From assembly GCF_030684315.1 (NCBI RefSeq), contig NC_081396.1, forward strand, positions 4,898,001 to 4,962,000: a stretch of 64,000 nt of DNA, given 5' to 3'. The position numbers and the translations under genes are program-made. This document shows positions 1-12,150 of the stretch, one piece after another (within the stretch, counting starts at the first letter, position 1; every line of letters starts with the position of its first letter). Below the pieces are notes generated by a model. It had not been told where the DNA came from, did no database searches, and worked only from the letters and a program-made list of their open reading frames with translations. Source of the DNA: Stegostoma tigrinum. Taxonomy: Eukaryota.

Positions 1-160
1 GAGAGAGGGACAGAACGAGTAGATATGGAACAGTTAGCAATATCAGAAACACGGGGTTCCTCAGCAGTTTAGTTGTAATGGAGTTGAGGGTCTAGAGTTG
101 GGTGTCATGGACAGGAGCTCTCTCAGGGTGAACTCACCATCAGTCCTCTCTATCTTTCCC

Positions 161-319
161 NNNNNNNNNNNNNNNNNNNNNNNNNNNNNNNNNNNNNNNN
201 NNNNNNNNNNNNNNNNNNNNNNNNNNNNNNNNNNNNNNNNNNNNNNNNNNNNNNNNNNNNNNNNNNNNNNNNNNNNNNNNNNNNNNNNNNNNNNNNNNNN
301 NNNNNNNNNNNNNNNNNNN
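161..319. other. Assembly gap (N run)
   Basis: 159 consecutive N. Confidence 0.99.
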
Positions 320-544
320 TCTCTGTTTCGGTGGGTTTATGATGACTGCATTTCCGGGGAGAGGGACAGAATTTTGAAAAGTATGAATTTGTGTAAGAAC
401 TATTAAAATGACCTGCCACTGTAAGTGTAACTCCAAGCTGAGTGATATCATTTTTATCCAGAATATTAAACTTCTGCTTTCAGATCTAGGTGTGGTAAAC
501 ATCAAAGTCTAATCGTTCTTGATATAACGTGAGCTATGTTCTGA

Positions 545-1570
545 TGAGTGAGTGAATCACTTACCTCATGCAGAGCAAGTAAATGTTCGCCCTCGGTGTC
601 GTCTTTCTGTTGTACCAAAACAATGATTGAGTGAGTTGACTGATTTCATCGCACAGGTTAGGTAAATGGTTTCTCCCCAGTATGAACCTGCCTGTAACCA
701 GTCCCACAGAGAGACAACCTGAACAATCTCTCCACGATACGAAATGATTAGTGGGACATAAGTTTCCTGGAAATTTTGTAGCATTTCTCACAGTCTAGAT
801 ATTTAAAAGGTCACTCATTATTATGAACATGCTGTTGGTGCATGAAGTCCCTGGGATTTTAATAGCGCACACCACAGTTGGGGTATTTGAAACGCCTCTC
901 CTCCGTGTGAGCACGTTGATAGTTCGTCAGGTCCCCAGATGTTATATAGCATTTGCTACAGTCTGGACATTTAAAACGTCTCCAATTAATTTGAGCTGGT
1001 AAAGGGATGTCAAGTTTGGACATTTGAAAGGCTGTTCCACAGGGTGAATACTTTGATGGCACAGCTGACCGACGGAGTTTTTATGGCACTTCACGCAGTC
1101 CAGATTTTGAAACGGTCTCTTGTCAGTGTGAATGAGCAGATGTTGCAGCAGGTTAGATGACCGAAGGAATCCTTTCCCAACCCCTGAGTAGGCTATGGCC
1201 TTTTACTGGTATTACTGTGTGAGTGAATTCCCAGCTGAGCAGGCAAATGAATTCATCTCCACAATCCAACATTTCCATTGTTTCTGCCCAATTTGACTGT
1301 CCACAAACGTAGTCAAACTGGGCAGAATCTATGGAAATGTGGGGATTGTGGGGAGGAATTTATTTCTCTGTCACAGCTCGGAAATCAATGACACAGTAAT
1401 GCCAGTAAATCCTTAGTCAAACACAACACATATACTTTGTCTCCACGTTAATTAGGGCCTTTTCCTTCCATGTTCACAATCTAGTGATGTTATGTTTGTA
1501 ATAAATTTGGTGACTCCATCAGATGAATGTGGCAAAGTGGGTTTGTCAGTCTTCTCCTGCTAATAAACTG
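545..1570 (-). pseudogene. Degenerate C2H2 zinc-finger gene (pseudogene)
   Basis: ORF 859-1062 reads FKCPDCSKCYITSGDLTNYQRAHTEERRFKYPNCG. Further broken fingers lie on both sides. The start context aacATGGAAGGA (1471-1469, minus) and the acceptor tttcacag (~1569) match the intact paralog at 33.6 kb. Confidence 0.85.
1202..1409. repeat. Imperfect inverted repeat (~97-bp arms, 12-nt loop) made of one zinc-finger coding unit
   Basis: 1202-1298 (tttactggtattactgtgt...tttctgcccaatttgact) matches the reverse complement of 1311-1409 (agtcaaactgggcaga...acacagtaatgccagtaaa), roughly 80% by eye. Confidence 0.9.
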
Positions 1571-2194
1571 TGAAATCAATATCTAACAAAAACGAACAAA
1601 AAAATACTAGCAAGTGAGAGGGAATCTCCTACAAGACTCTGGCTTCGATGTGAAGGCAGAGAGAGCCAAAGGCAGGGACTGAACAAGAGGCATTCTGGAC
1701 ATCAAAAACATAACCAGAACTTTTTCGGAATCATCCAAACTTGCAGCCTCCACCAATGAGAAGGAGACATAGCAGATGGATATGCACATGAGCACCTCCA
1801 AGTTTCCATTAAGTAGATAAACAGCAGCCGTTATCATGAGCTGATAGGAAATAGACATAGATTTAAGCTCTTGGGCAAACTGGCAGAGGTAAGAAAGTAA
1901 CCTTACGATACTTCTCTTTTCTTCAAAACTTATACTCAAAGGACAACAACATCAAATGTTGATTGAATAATGAGCTGTGACACTCTCAGATCTTTATGAA
2001 CTGTTTGGTTTGAATTTTCAAAATGCAAATCCCTGCTCAAACATCCTATTAAATAAGTTTATTAGTTCAGGATAAAAATTCAGAATAAGCAAACATTTCT
2101 CTTTTTTGAACTGTGTGTAAATGTTCCCTTCATCCTCCCAGCAACAGTAATTTACATCTCACCCCTGTCCGTAAAAAAGAACGCGATTCACAAC

Positions 2195-2265
2195 ATGTCC
2201 CTCCTGGCCCGATATTACTGCATATGTACTCTTCTGGCACCCCCCTACAAAGATGGCGGGCTTAT
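2195..2265. promoter_or_regulatory. Possible decayed promoter of the 0.5-1.6 kb ZNF pseudogene
   Basis: YY1-type AAGATGGCGG at ~2250-2259 and a decayed NRF1-like ctgcatatgtac, upstream of the minus-strand pseudogene. Confidence 0.35.
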
Positions 2266-3000
2266 CTGGGTCCTATTGTCGAGAGGAAGCCATGTGTTGT
2301 CCCTTTTTGTGAAACAGAGATGTATTGTTTCTTTATTCAGGGTGTGGTAAAATGCTGGTCATGATTTCCATTCTTACTGGAGTCTTGCCAAATGCCCTCA
2401 CTTACTGCAGCAGACATCCAAAAGTGCGTTTTTAATGTTGCCTGAAATTATGATTGTTGAAACAGCATGAACAGCACGATGTCATTTTCTCCCCAGGCTA
2501 TGGCTGATTTGTTTGAGTTTGGAATTCTATTTCCTGCTTCTCCTACCACAAATTTGACGAAAGGAATCAGCTCATGTGAGTAATGTTCTAGTTGAGTAAG
2601 AAGAACGAGGTGAAGCAGGATAACCTGATGGGTGGTGGGAATCAATGAGTCAGTAACAGGAAAAAGCAACCAACTGAATGCTTCCTTCTTCTATTTTAAA
2701 CAGGCTCTGGTTTCAAAATAAAAATAAAATAAGTAATAAAATCCTTGCACTCTGAGGGTTGGTTTGTGCTCATGTCAGTCACTCTTGGAGGATGTCTCTG
2801 TGAGTTTCCCTGTCTCAGTGAAAATGAGGCTCTGTTCCCCAACGGGGCATGAACACTCTCGTCAGTTCAAACTTCAACGCTATTCGATGGGTCATTTCCG
2901 ATTAAACCGTCGCAGGGAGCACCTCACAGAGATAAGCACTTGAGACGTCAGGCTATGAGCCAAGTGCTGGAAACTGGGAACTACAATAGATCGATTATAT

Positions 3001-3313
3001 ATTCATGCGATAAGGACATCGCTGGCTTGACCAGCATTTATTGCACATCCCTAATTACCCAGTGGGCAGTTATGACTTAACCAGATTGCTGTGGGTCTGG
3101 AGCCACATGGAGGCCAAACCAGGCAAGGATGGGAAATTCTTCTGCCAACAATCCGTACTGGATCCACGCTCATCACTAGACTCAATTCCAGATATTTATT
3201 TAATTCATATTCCTCCATCTGCTGTGGTAGGATTGCAACCCAGATTCCCAGAGCATCCCGTGTCTCTCTGGATTAACAGTCCAGCAATAATACCACTTGG
3301 CCATTGTCTCCCC
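3001..3313 (-). mobile_element. tRNA-derived shark SINE
   Basis: Minus-strand tRNA-like head (ggggagacaatggccaagtggtattattgctggactgttaatccagag...). Body is homologous to 48511-48796. Confidence 0.8.
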
Positions 3314-3481
3314 TATAGATAGATGCTTGAGCACTGACACTGACAAGATAGTCTGAAGGTTCTCTTTCTGTGCTGTTAGAAACTGAATAAGTCGGCCATT
3401 TTTGAGGAGATCCTTATCTCCAGTGTGGAAAAAGAGCCAAAATCAATGTCATTAAGAAAGATGCTAGTGTGCTTGCCATTA

Positions 3482-3551
3482 TCCATGGGAGTCTAATCGT
3501 TTGGATTTGGCGCTATACACTTATGGCCTGGTTCAATTCCCAGTTGGGGAA
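3482..3551 (+). pseudogene. tRNA-Glu-derived pseudogene
   Basis: tccatgggagtctaatcgtttggatttggcgct...ggttcaattcccagttggggaa aligns end to end with vertebrate tRNA-Glu (TCCCTGGTGGTCTAGTGGTTAGGATTCGGCGCT...GGTTCGATTCCCGGTCAGGGAA). The anticodon arm is degraded. Confidence 0.7.
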
Positions 3552-4511
3552 TCAGGGACTACTGATCCTGACAATGACAACAGCAAAAGCAGTAAAGGTC
3601 TAACAAAAATGAGCTCATTGTCTCGGACTAGTTAACATCACCGAGCACAAGAGTCAATAGCAGAGCCCCTTAAAGAATGGGAAGTTGCCCTGACTGTCTC
3701 TGTTCAGTTGGGTACATTCACTCTTCATTCTCCACTGATTCCAGCTGAAAATGAAATTCACAAAGCTCGACACTGAATCTTGTGTTTAGGTTCCTTTCCA
3801 CTTCTCGGAGCTGGAGTGATTTGCTCAGTGGGTTTGGGAAACTGAAAGCTGACCACGAGCAGTTTGCTGGATTATTTCACCTTCTGATTCTTATTTAATG
3901 CTGGGACATTGAAGTTGATATTCTCGTGGACATTAATTGATCTGAGGCATCGGGAATTCAAGCCGCACCTCAGCTTCATGGGGAGCAGAAAACTTTGCAC
4001 AGATGTATAGAAAACCTGCAAAGAGCACCCAAACCGTCTATGTTTTGAACCTTCAATCTGCTGGCTTGTGGTCAGCAGCATCATCAATTGCATTAGTACC
4101 CGACGCACATCCAGCTTATACATGCTGGAAAGTTGTGGTGCAAGCAGGAAAAGGAACATTCACGAGGTGTTAAAGAAGCAAACATAATAACCGTCACTGC
4201 TTCCCTTCAATGGTCCCCATTTTGTGAAGTTTTGAATTTCACTGGCAAAGGAAACACATTTGTCCTCAATTGGTTGCTTCAGTGTCAGTTCTCTCTACTG
4301 GAACTTTCCATCATTTTATTCAAAGTCACTTAACGATTTTGTGACCCACTCCAGTGAATCTATTTTCACATTTTTAGTCATTTTTTCCCCCAAGCCCCAA
4401 ACAAATTCAGCGACAAGCTTTTGGCCCTTTCTCGACTGGGACCCGGAATCTGACGATTTGAATGAGACCTTTAATGGTACTACCTTTCACTGCAACTCAG
4501 CACCTCAAAGC

Positions 4512-4622
4512 AGGCCCAACGTCAGCTTTTGTGCTCCTGAGATGCTGCTTGGCCTGCTGTGTTCATCCAGCCTCACATTTTATTATCTTGGAATCTCCAG
4601 CATCTGCAGTTCCCATTATCCC
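4512..4622 (+). mobile_element. Short Penelope pseudo-LTR fragment
   Basis: ggcccaacgtcagcttttgtgctcctgagatgctgcttggcctgctgtgttcatccagcc... is the same as the 3' end of the PLE at 14914-16241. Confidence 0.85.
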
Positions 4623-4833
4623 TGTTACCATCGGCCTGTTTTTTTTTTCCCTTCCTACAGTACATTTGCTAAATATCAGATTATCACAGCTCCTTTCTTC
4701 ACATTGAAACATAGGGCGATAATTGAACAGTTTTGAAGCTTAGAGAGACATAGTTTACTGATGAAGTTGGCTTTGACAGGATGAATAGGTACAAGATTGT
4801 GTAGAAGTTAGGTCGCATGGGTTAGTCTCAGCA

Positions 4834-4904
4834 TCACTGGTATTAACTGGTTAGGATTCAGAGTTTTCATCGCGCATGTCTAGTCACAACTCCAAGTCAA
4901 GAAA
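4834..4904 (+). pseudogene. Highly decayed tRNA-Glu-like sequence
   Basis: tcactggtattaactggttaggattcagagttttcatcg...ccaagtcaagaaa keeps the D-arm tggttaggattc and a ttc anticodon context. Confidence 0.5.
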
Positions 4905-6199
4905 TGAACATTTGTTGTGAACTATCTGAAAGAAAACGAATTCCTCGTTACAAACAGAATACCCATCCTGAATCTGCCAGATTCAGCCCAATGAGAATTT
5001 GCTTCCCTCCCGAAGGACAATGACAATAGATATACAGGAAACTATCATTCATCAATCCCCTCAAAGCCACTCACCATTTCGAGTTTGTACACATTACTGT
5101 TGCTTCAGTGCTGCCCGGGCTAAATCCTGAAACTCCGGCCCTAATTGACTTTCTGCAAGCTAAGATTCCTGAAGCCAGGCAACTAGTGATATGACAAAAT
5201 GTTCACTTCAAGAATGCAAAAGAATGAGACAAAGGCCCTCCAGATCAACTGCACATGGAAGAGATTCCTGAGTAGCTGAGAGATATTGTAAAATTTCCAT
5301 GGTTTAACATGAACCATGAGGATGAACAGGCGTCTGACTTTGACGCCAAAACTGAAGTAAGTAACTCATAACTGACACTTTGCAGCTGTACAGGAGCTAT
5401 TGGTGGTGGAAACAGCCTCTTAAAAATCGATCTCTTCTGGAGGCATAAAAGTTCCTTTGCATGAAGTCAAGCAATCTGAGCACTTGAGCACTTCCCACCT
5501 GCCTGAGCATGTTTTTGGCCTCTGACAACGAAATTGTCTTGCAGAAAATATGATGCTTTTCAAGTAGCCACAGACACAGACATAGACATACAGACATATC
5601 CACATAGACTGAACAACAGTTGAACATGCACAAACAAACATGGAACAAAATGACATCTCATGTTAAGAACAAGCAAAAATCACACTTCAAATAGCAAATC
5701 TTGACTCACTGGAGGGTCTGTGTCATCGAAATTTGATAGATCATGTGTCTACATTATCCTTCAGGTGGGGCAATGGATGATATCTTGAGGGAAATAAGAA
5801 AACGCTAATTATCACTATACCTTTGTCTGAACAATTTCGTCTCAAAAGAGATTAACAAAAATACGTGACCGGGAATTGACTCAGTTTGCTCAATGGTGAC
5901 TTTGATATGGTGCTCAATACCCTTGTCCACTTTCAGTGATTTGCTTCATAAAATCTGGGAACAGCAATAGAAGGCGATGATCTGGAACAACAGCAAAATT
6001 GCTTTCTCCGCAGCAGAACATCAGATACTTTTGTTGGTATTTTGATGGCAGATGCAATGGCTGTGTTTTTACAGTAGATGGATTTGAAGACCGATAGTAA
6101 ATCCTTCGATCAACATATTCAGACCTGTTGTGACACTCCGCTGGAAATATTGAGACTTGATTCCACTTTTCCATATTTGGGACACTACCACTGAAACAT

Positions 6200-8210
6200 G
6201 CGCGAGATATTGTTGGAAAACATGACATAAGGTAGGAATCTACTCAACTATTACTTACACATGGACTTTACCATCGCTAGATGTGGAATCCATATTGGTG
6301 GAGGAAAGGGATAAAAAGGGAAAGAAGACACTGATGAAAGAAATTTGTAGGGCGATAGAAATATTTATAAAGAAAGTCATAGAATTCTCTGAAGATAATG
6401 AAGTGGAAAAGGTAAATAAGTCATAAGTCATTGGTAAATTTAATCTTCACATGAGTTATGAAGAAGAATGCATAGACTGTATGTGGGACAGATTCCTCCA
6501 ACAATAGGTTGTGAATCTAGCCTGGGATCTTGATAAGTTGGATCTGATAATATGCAATGAAGCAAATATAACAAATGATGACAGACTCAAAGATTAGATT
6601 GGAACACAAAATTGAGTACTCAACTTGAGAGGTTGAAACATGCGTTAGAAACAAGATAATATAAGGGTAATTACAATGAAATGAGGGCCGAGGTTGCTGG
6701 AATGGACTGGGAAATCAGTTTAGAAGCAAAGCCATTTGAAGAGTAATGACAGATATTTAATAAAAAAATTTCATGTTTCACAGCAGAGATGTAGCGCAAT
6801 GCGAGGGAAGGATTATACGAATGAGAAAAGTTATTATGGTTAAAGAGGGAAGCTAAAAGCAGTAGAAAATTCAAAAAAGAGATAAAACATGAAATGTGAT
6901 AAATATTATTGCTAGGGAGAGTATTCAGGAAGTTTAAAGAACTGTCAAAAGGCAAACAAAAATTAATGAGGCGGGAGAAAGTAAACATTGAAATTAAAAC
7001 CACAGGTAATATTAAAACGGACAGCAGAAGCTTCCTTAAAAATATAGAAAGGAAAAGAGATGCCAAAGTGAACATAGCCCGGTCTTGGGTGAAGTTGGGA
7101 ATGAACATTTGGGAATCGTAATGAGACAGATGAGTTGAGTAAATACTGTGCATCTGCCTTCACAGTAGCATTCCAAAATTACTAATTACAGAGGGGCAAA
7201 AAATAAGGCACAGAACATGGTACAATAAGTTTCACTGGGTGAAAAGAGCAGAGAACGTAATAGGACTAAATATGCTTAAGTGTACTGCAACTAATGAGAT
7301 CCAATCGAGGATAGAAAAATAAATAACAACAGAAGTGTTAGATGTACTGGTTTTAACTTTCCAATAATCATTAAATTTTGGAAAAATCCCAGATGATAGG
7401 ATAACAACTTTATTTTTAAAAAAGACACACAATAAAGAGTGAATAAGGCCATTTTGTTTAACTAGTTGAAAACTATCATAACGAATGCAACAACAAAGCG
7501 TTTAAAAAGAACATGTCACAATCAAGAGGACTGAAAATAGTTTTATGAAAGTGAAATCTTGCCTGCTAAATAACGTAGAATCATTTGATAATGTAAATAA
7601 AAAAATAAGGAGGAATCACTACTTGTAATATGTTGTCATTTTCTGAAGGCATTGGCTAAGGTGCCACACATATGAGAACTTAATCAGATCAGAGCCCATG
7701 GCTTTGGAGGTAGTACATTAGCGTGGACAGAGGATTGCCAAAATCAAATTAGAAAGATATTTAGGTGAAGAATTTTATTTTATAGGACGTCATCCTTTAA
7801 CTAATGTAGCATCACATGAATCAGTGTTGGGTGAACAAATATTTGAAATATACTAAAGTGACTCAGATGAGAAAAGCCAATGTACTATCGGTAAGTTTGC
7901 AAATGAAAGAGAAAGCAGAAAGGTTGAATAGTGAGTATGACACAACACGTTTGCAGAGGGATAGAGACAGCACAAGAGAATCAGCAAAAAAACTTGGCAT
8001 ATTAATGCAAAGTAGATTAAATAATTTAGAACAGATGGAAAAAGCGAGATTATGCAGTTTGATTGCAAAAATAGAGCGACTAAATTATATATAAATAAAA
8101 AATGAATTCAGAAATCAACAGAACAGATTTGGGAGCCCTGGTCCTTGAGGCACAAAAAAAATCTATCTTTTAAATTCAGCTGTTAATGAGGATGGCAAAC
8201 TTGGTGCTGG
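6200..8210 (+). mobile_element. Old CR1-clade LINE ORF2 remnant (endonuclease-RT)
   Basis: Decayed motifs such as GKFNLH (GDFN box), aaggcattggctaaggtgccacat (KAFDKVPH) and gtaagtttgcaaatga (KFADD), with many stops. Confidence 0.7.
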
Positions 8211-8269
8211 GGGTTAATTCATAACTAATGTAACATTGGCAGTAGGAATAGAAAGATAGAACACATGAC

Positions 8270-8891
8270 TGTGTGACTGACGATGTCTCGCAGGGGACAC
8301 GATTCACCTTGTTGGACCATTGGGATCTCTTCAGTGGTAAACCTGGCGCGTATAAGAGGGAAGGGTTCCACCCAAATTGGAAGAGGATGAATACCCTTGA
8401 GGGAGAATGAGCTAGCGCTACTTGGGAGGCTTTAAATTAGTAAGGGGAATGGCATGGCACCGGTGGACGCCAAAGCAATTGTAAGGAAAGAGTAAAGCTG
8501 AGACCAATACAGTAGGTGTTGTGAGCAATTTTAATAGTGAATACTGAAAAGAAAATGACAGAGACAAGGTAAGACTAACAAATTAAACCGCATTTATTTG
8601 AAAACAGAAGGCCTGACAGGTAATGCAGCTGAACGTAGGGCATGTTTGAGAACATTGGACAGGTATATCATAGCTATTAGAAAAACATGCCTCAGAGATG
8701 GACAGGACTGGCTGTTTGATGTTCCAGGGATATGGTCATTGGAAGGACAGAAAGGGAAAGAGTTGAGGAGGGGCAGTGTCCCTTTTAGTTTAGGCGAACA
8801 TTACAGCTGCACAGAGTACAGATATTGCTGGGAGACAGTCCAATGAACTAATGTGGGTCGAATTTTAAAATAAGAAAAGAATGATCACCTT
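8270..8891 (+). mobile_element. CR1 LINE remnant (ORF1 end / ORF2 start)
   Basis: ORF 8598-8846 has endonuclease N-terminus-like YIIAIRKTCLRDGQDWLFDVPG. Confidence 0.65.
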
Positions 8892-9653
8892 GATAACAAA
8901 GTGTGAAGCTGGATGAACACAGCAGGCCAAGCAGCATCTTAGGAGCACAAAAGCTGATGTTTCGGGCCTAGGCCCATCATCAGAGAGGGGGATGGGGAGA
9001 GGGTTCTGAAACAAATAGGGAGGGGGGGGGGGGCAGACCGAAGATAGAGAGAAAAGAAGATAGGTGGAGAGGAGAGTTGAGGTGGGGAGGTAGGGAGGGG
9101 ATAGGTCAGTCCAGGGAGGATGGACAGGTCAAGGAGGCGGGATGAGGTTAGCTGGTAGGAAATGGAGGTGCGGCTAGAGGTGGGAGGAGCGGATAGGTGA
9201 GAGGAAAAATAGTTCAAGGAGGCGGGGACATGCTGGGCTGGTTTTGGGATGCAGTGGGGGAAGGGGAGATTTTGAAGCTTGTGAAGTCCACATTGATACC
9301 ATTGAGCTGCAGGCTTCCCTAGCAGAATATGAGTTGCTGTTCCTGAAACCTTTGGCTGGCATCATTGTGGCACTGCAGGAGGCCCATGATGGACATGTCG
9401 TCTAAGAAATGGGAGGGGGAGTTAAAATGGTTCGCGACCGGGAGGTGCAGTTGTTTATTGTGAACAGAGCGGAGGTGTTCTGCAAAGCGGTCGCCAAGAC
9501 TCCACTGGGTTTCCCCAATGTAGAGGAAGACACACCGGGGACAGCGGATACAGTATACCACATTGGCAGATGTGTAGGTGAACATCTGCTTAATATGGAG
9601 AGTCATCTTGGGGCCTGGGATTGGGGGTGAGAGAGGAGGTGTGGGGGCAAGTG
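8892..9653 (-). mobile_element. 5'-truncated Penelope-like element (GIY-YIG endonuclease + pseudo-LTR)
   Basis: ORF 9319-9606 VVYCIRCPRCVFLYIGETQWSLGDRFAEH. pLTR with hammerhead-like core at 8953-8985. Confidence 0.92.
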
Positions 9654-9899
9654 TTTTTCTTTTATTGTCTTTTATATCCAGAAGTGTCCCTACTCACGAC
9701 GTAACTTTTCTTTTATTTCCCATCACCAAGTCATCCACAGTATTTTTGTTTTCAGACATTAACAATCGTCAGTAAATTCTCCGTTTTTCCAACTGAATAA
9801 CTTCAGTGCCAAGGCCATTTAAGAACAATTAATGCCGTCAAAGATGAGGGATATGTAAGCAGTGGTGGAAAGGACTTGGAGTCAGTTTTTTTCATGTAT

Positions 9900-12150
9900 T
9901 ACTGCTATCGAATGGAAATTTCTGAGAGATGATCCAGTAAAACTATGGGGATGGAAATCAGAAATAAGGCTGGGATGATCACCTTGATGTGATTTAGTGT
10001 CCCCAGTAGTCAGATAGAAATTGAGGGTCAAATATGTAGAAAGGTCTCATTTATATGCAAGAATATTAAAGTTGTAATAGTAGGGGATTTTAACTTTCCT
10101 AGCATAAAGTGGCACAGCCATATTGCTGAGGGTTTGGTTGGTGAGGAATTAGTGGCCAGTGTTCGAGAAATTCACCTTAATTAATATGTAGTTGTAATTC
10201 CTGGAAAAGGAGCAAAACGTGACCTTCTCTTGTGATATGAAGCTGGACAAAAGGCTGAAGCGGGAGTGGTTGCGCACTTTGAAGCCAGTGATCATAAATC
10301 AACGAGTTTTAAAATACTATGGAAGGGATAGGCCTTGTATAAAAGTTAAAGCTCTTAGATGGAATAGGTAAATTTTGTTTGTCTGAGACCATAACTTTAA
10401 AGCGTTGATTGGAATAGATTGTTCGTAGGTAAAGGGACAGCTGGCAACTGGGAAGCTTTCAAAAGTGGGATAATGAGAGCTCAGTGGCACTATGTTCCTG
10501 CTAGAGTGACGGTAAGGCTGTTAAATATAGGGAACAATGGAGGAATAAAGACATTAAGACTCTGGTTAAGGATCAGGAGGAGACATAAATTAGGTAGAAG
10601 CAACTGGGAACAAGTGAATCTCTTGAAGAGTTTAAGAGGTGTAGGCGCATCTTCAGAGGAAAACCATGTGGGCAAAAGGGGGATATGAGATCGGCTTGGT
10701 AGATAATGTTAAGAGCACTCCAAAGAGATTCTACAAGTACATTCAGAACAAAGCAGTAATTTGATGCAAAATGAGGCTTGTCAAGGATCAGCGAGGTCGC
10801 CTATGTGTGGAACCACAGGAGATGGAAGAGATGCTAAATGAATATTTCATGTAGGTTTATACTACAGAAAAAGAAATTGAGGTGAGGAAACTCAGAGAAA
10901 AACAGTCCATTTTACAAAAGAGAGAGTGTTGAAAGTCTTTTTTAAAAAAAGCTTAAAGGCTGCTATTGAAGTCATAACCAAAAAGATCAATAAAGGCAGA
11001 GAGGTAGGCGTGGTTGACATAAATATTAGCAAAGCCTTTGACAAGGTTTGGCATGGTAGACTAATTAGTAAATGTGCATTACATGGGATTCGAGGAGAGC
11101 TTGCCAATTTGATATAAAATCAGCTTGACAGTAGGAGACAGGTTGGTGGTTGAGGGTTGTTTTTCAGACTGGAGGCCTATGGCCAGTAGTGTTTCACAGG
11201 AATTAGTGTTGATCCACTTCTATTTATCATTTATTTAAATTTCGATGAGAACTAATGACTCAAGGTGAGTAAGTTTGCTGATATACCAAAAATAGTGATA
11301 TCGTCGACAGGTACTAAGTTTGTCTAAGATTCCAAACAGATCTGGCTCAATTGGGTCAATGGGCTGAGGAGTGACGTAAGGAATTTACTTTGGATAAATG
11401 TCAGGTATTGAGTATTGATAAACCAAACTAGCAAGGGCCTTATTCAGTTAATGTAGTGATTTGTGTCATATTGTCGAGCAAAGAGATTAAGGAGTTGAGG
11501 TACATAATTCTTTAAAAGTTGCATCGCAGGTGAACTGAGTGTTACAAAAGTGTTTAGCATACTTGCCTTCATTGCTCAGACCATTCAGTATAGGAGTTGT
11601 GACAAAATGTTTCGGTTGCACAGGACATTGTTGAGGTCATTTTTGAATCATTGTGTGCAGTTCTGGTTACCCTTCTGCCAGAAGGACATAACTAAGTTGG
11701 CGAGGGCTCAAAAATACATTACCAGTATGCTGTCAGGGCTGGAGAGTTTGTGTGAGATGATAGGCTGGATAGGCTAAGATCATTTTCCATTTGAGCACAG
11801 GAGCTTCAGGTGTGGCCTTATCGAGATTTGTAACATGAAGATGAGCATGGATAAGGTGAATAACAAAGGTATTATCCATAAGGCAGACATGTTCAAAATT
11901 AGGGGCCATAGACTTAACATGAGAGGTGAAAAATTTTAAAGTGACCTGAGGGGAAACTTTTCCAAACACAGTTGTGTTCATGTCTGAAATGAACAGCCAG
12001 AAGTCGTGGTAGATACAGGTACAGTTACACTACCTAAATGACATTTGGAGAGGTACATAAAGGTTCAGAAGGCTACATGGCAAACACAGGCAAGTGGGAC
12101 TAATTTATTTTGGGAAATTTGGTCCGTCAGTTTCCCTGCTGTAAAAAGCT
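9900..12150 (+). mobile_element. CR1 LINE ORF2 remnant through 3' UTR
   Basis: Translated fragments VIVGDFNFP, DISKAFDKVWHGRL, SKFAD, LRSFLNHCVQFWLP, with many stops and frameshifts. Confidence 0.85.

Noticed and set aside
98-505. ORFs spanning the first N gap
   Set aside because: Artefacts of translating N runs
1611-1888. Exon-like segment bounded by ag and gtaag
   Set aside because: Stops in the frame I checked and no recognisable protein similarity
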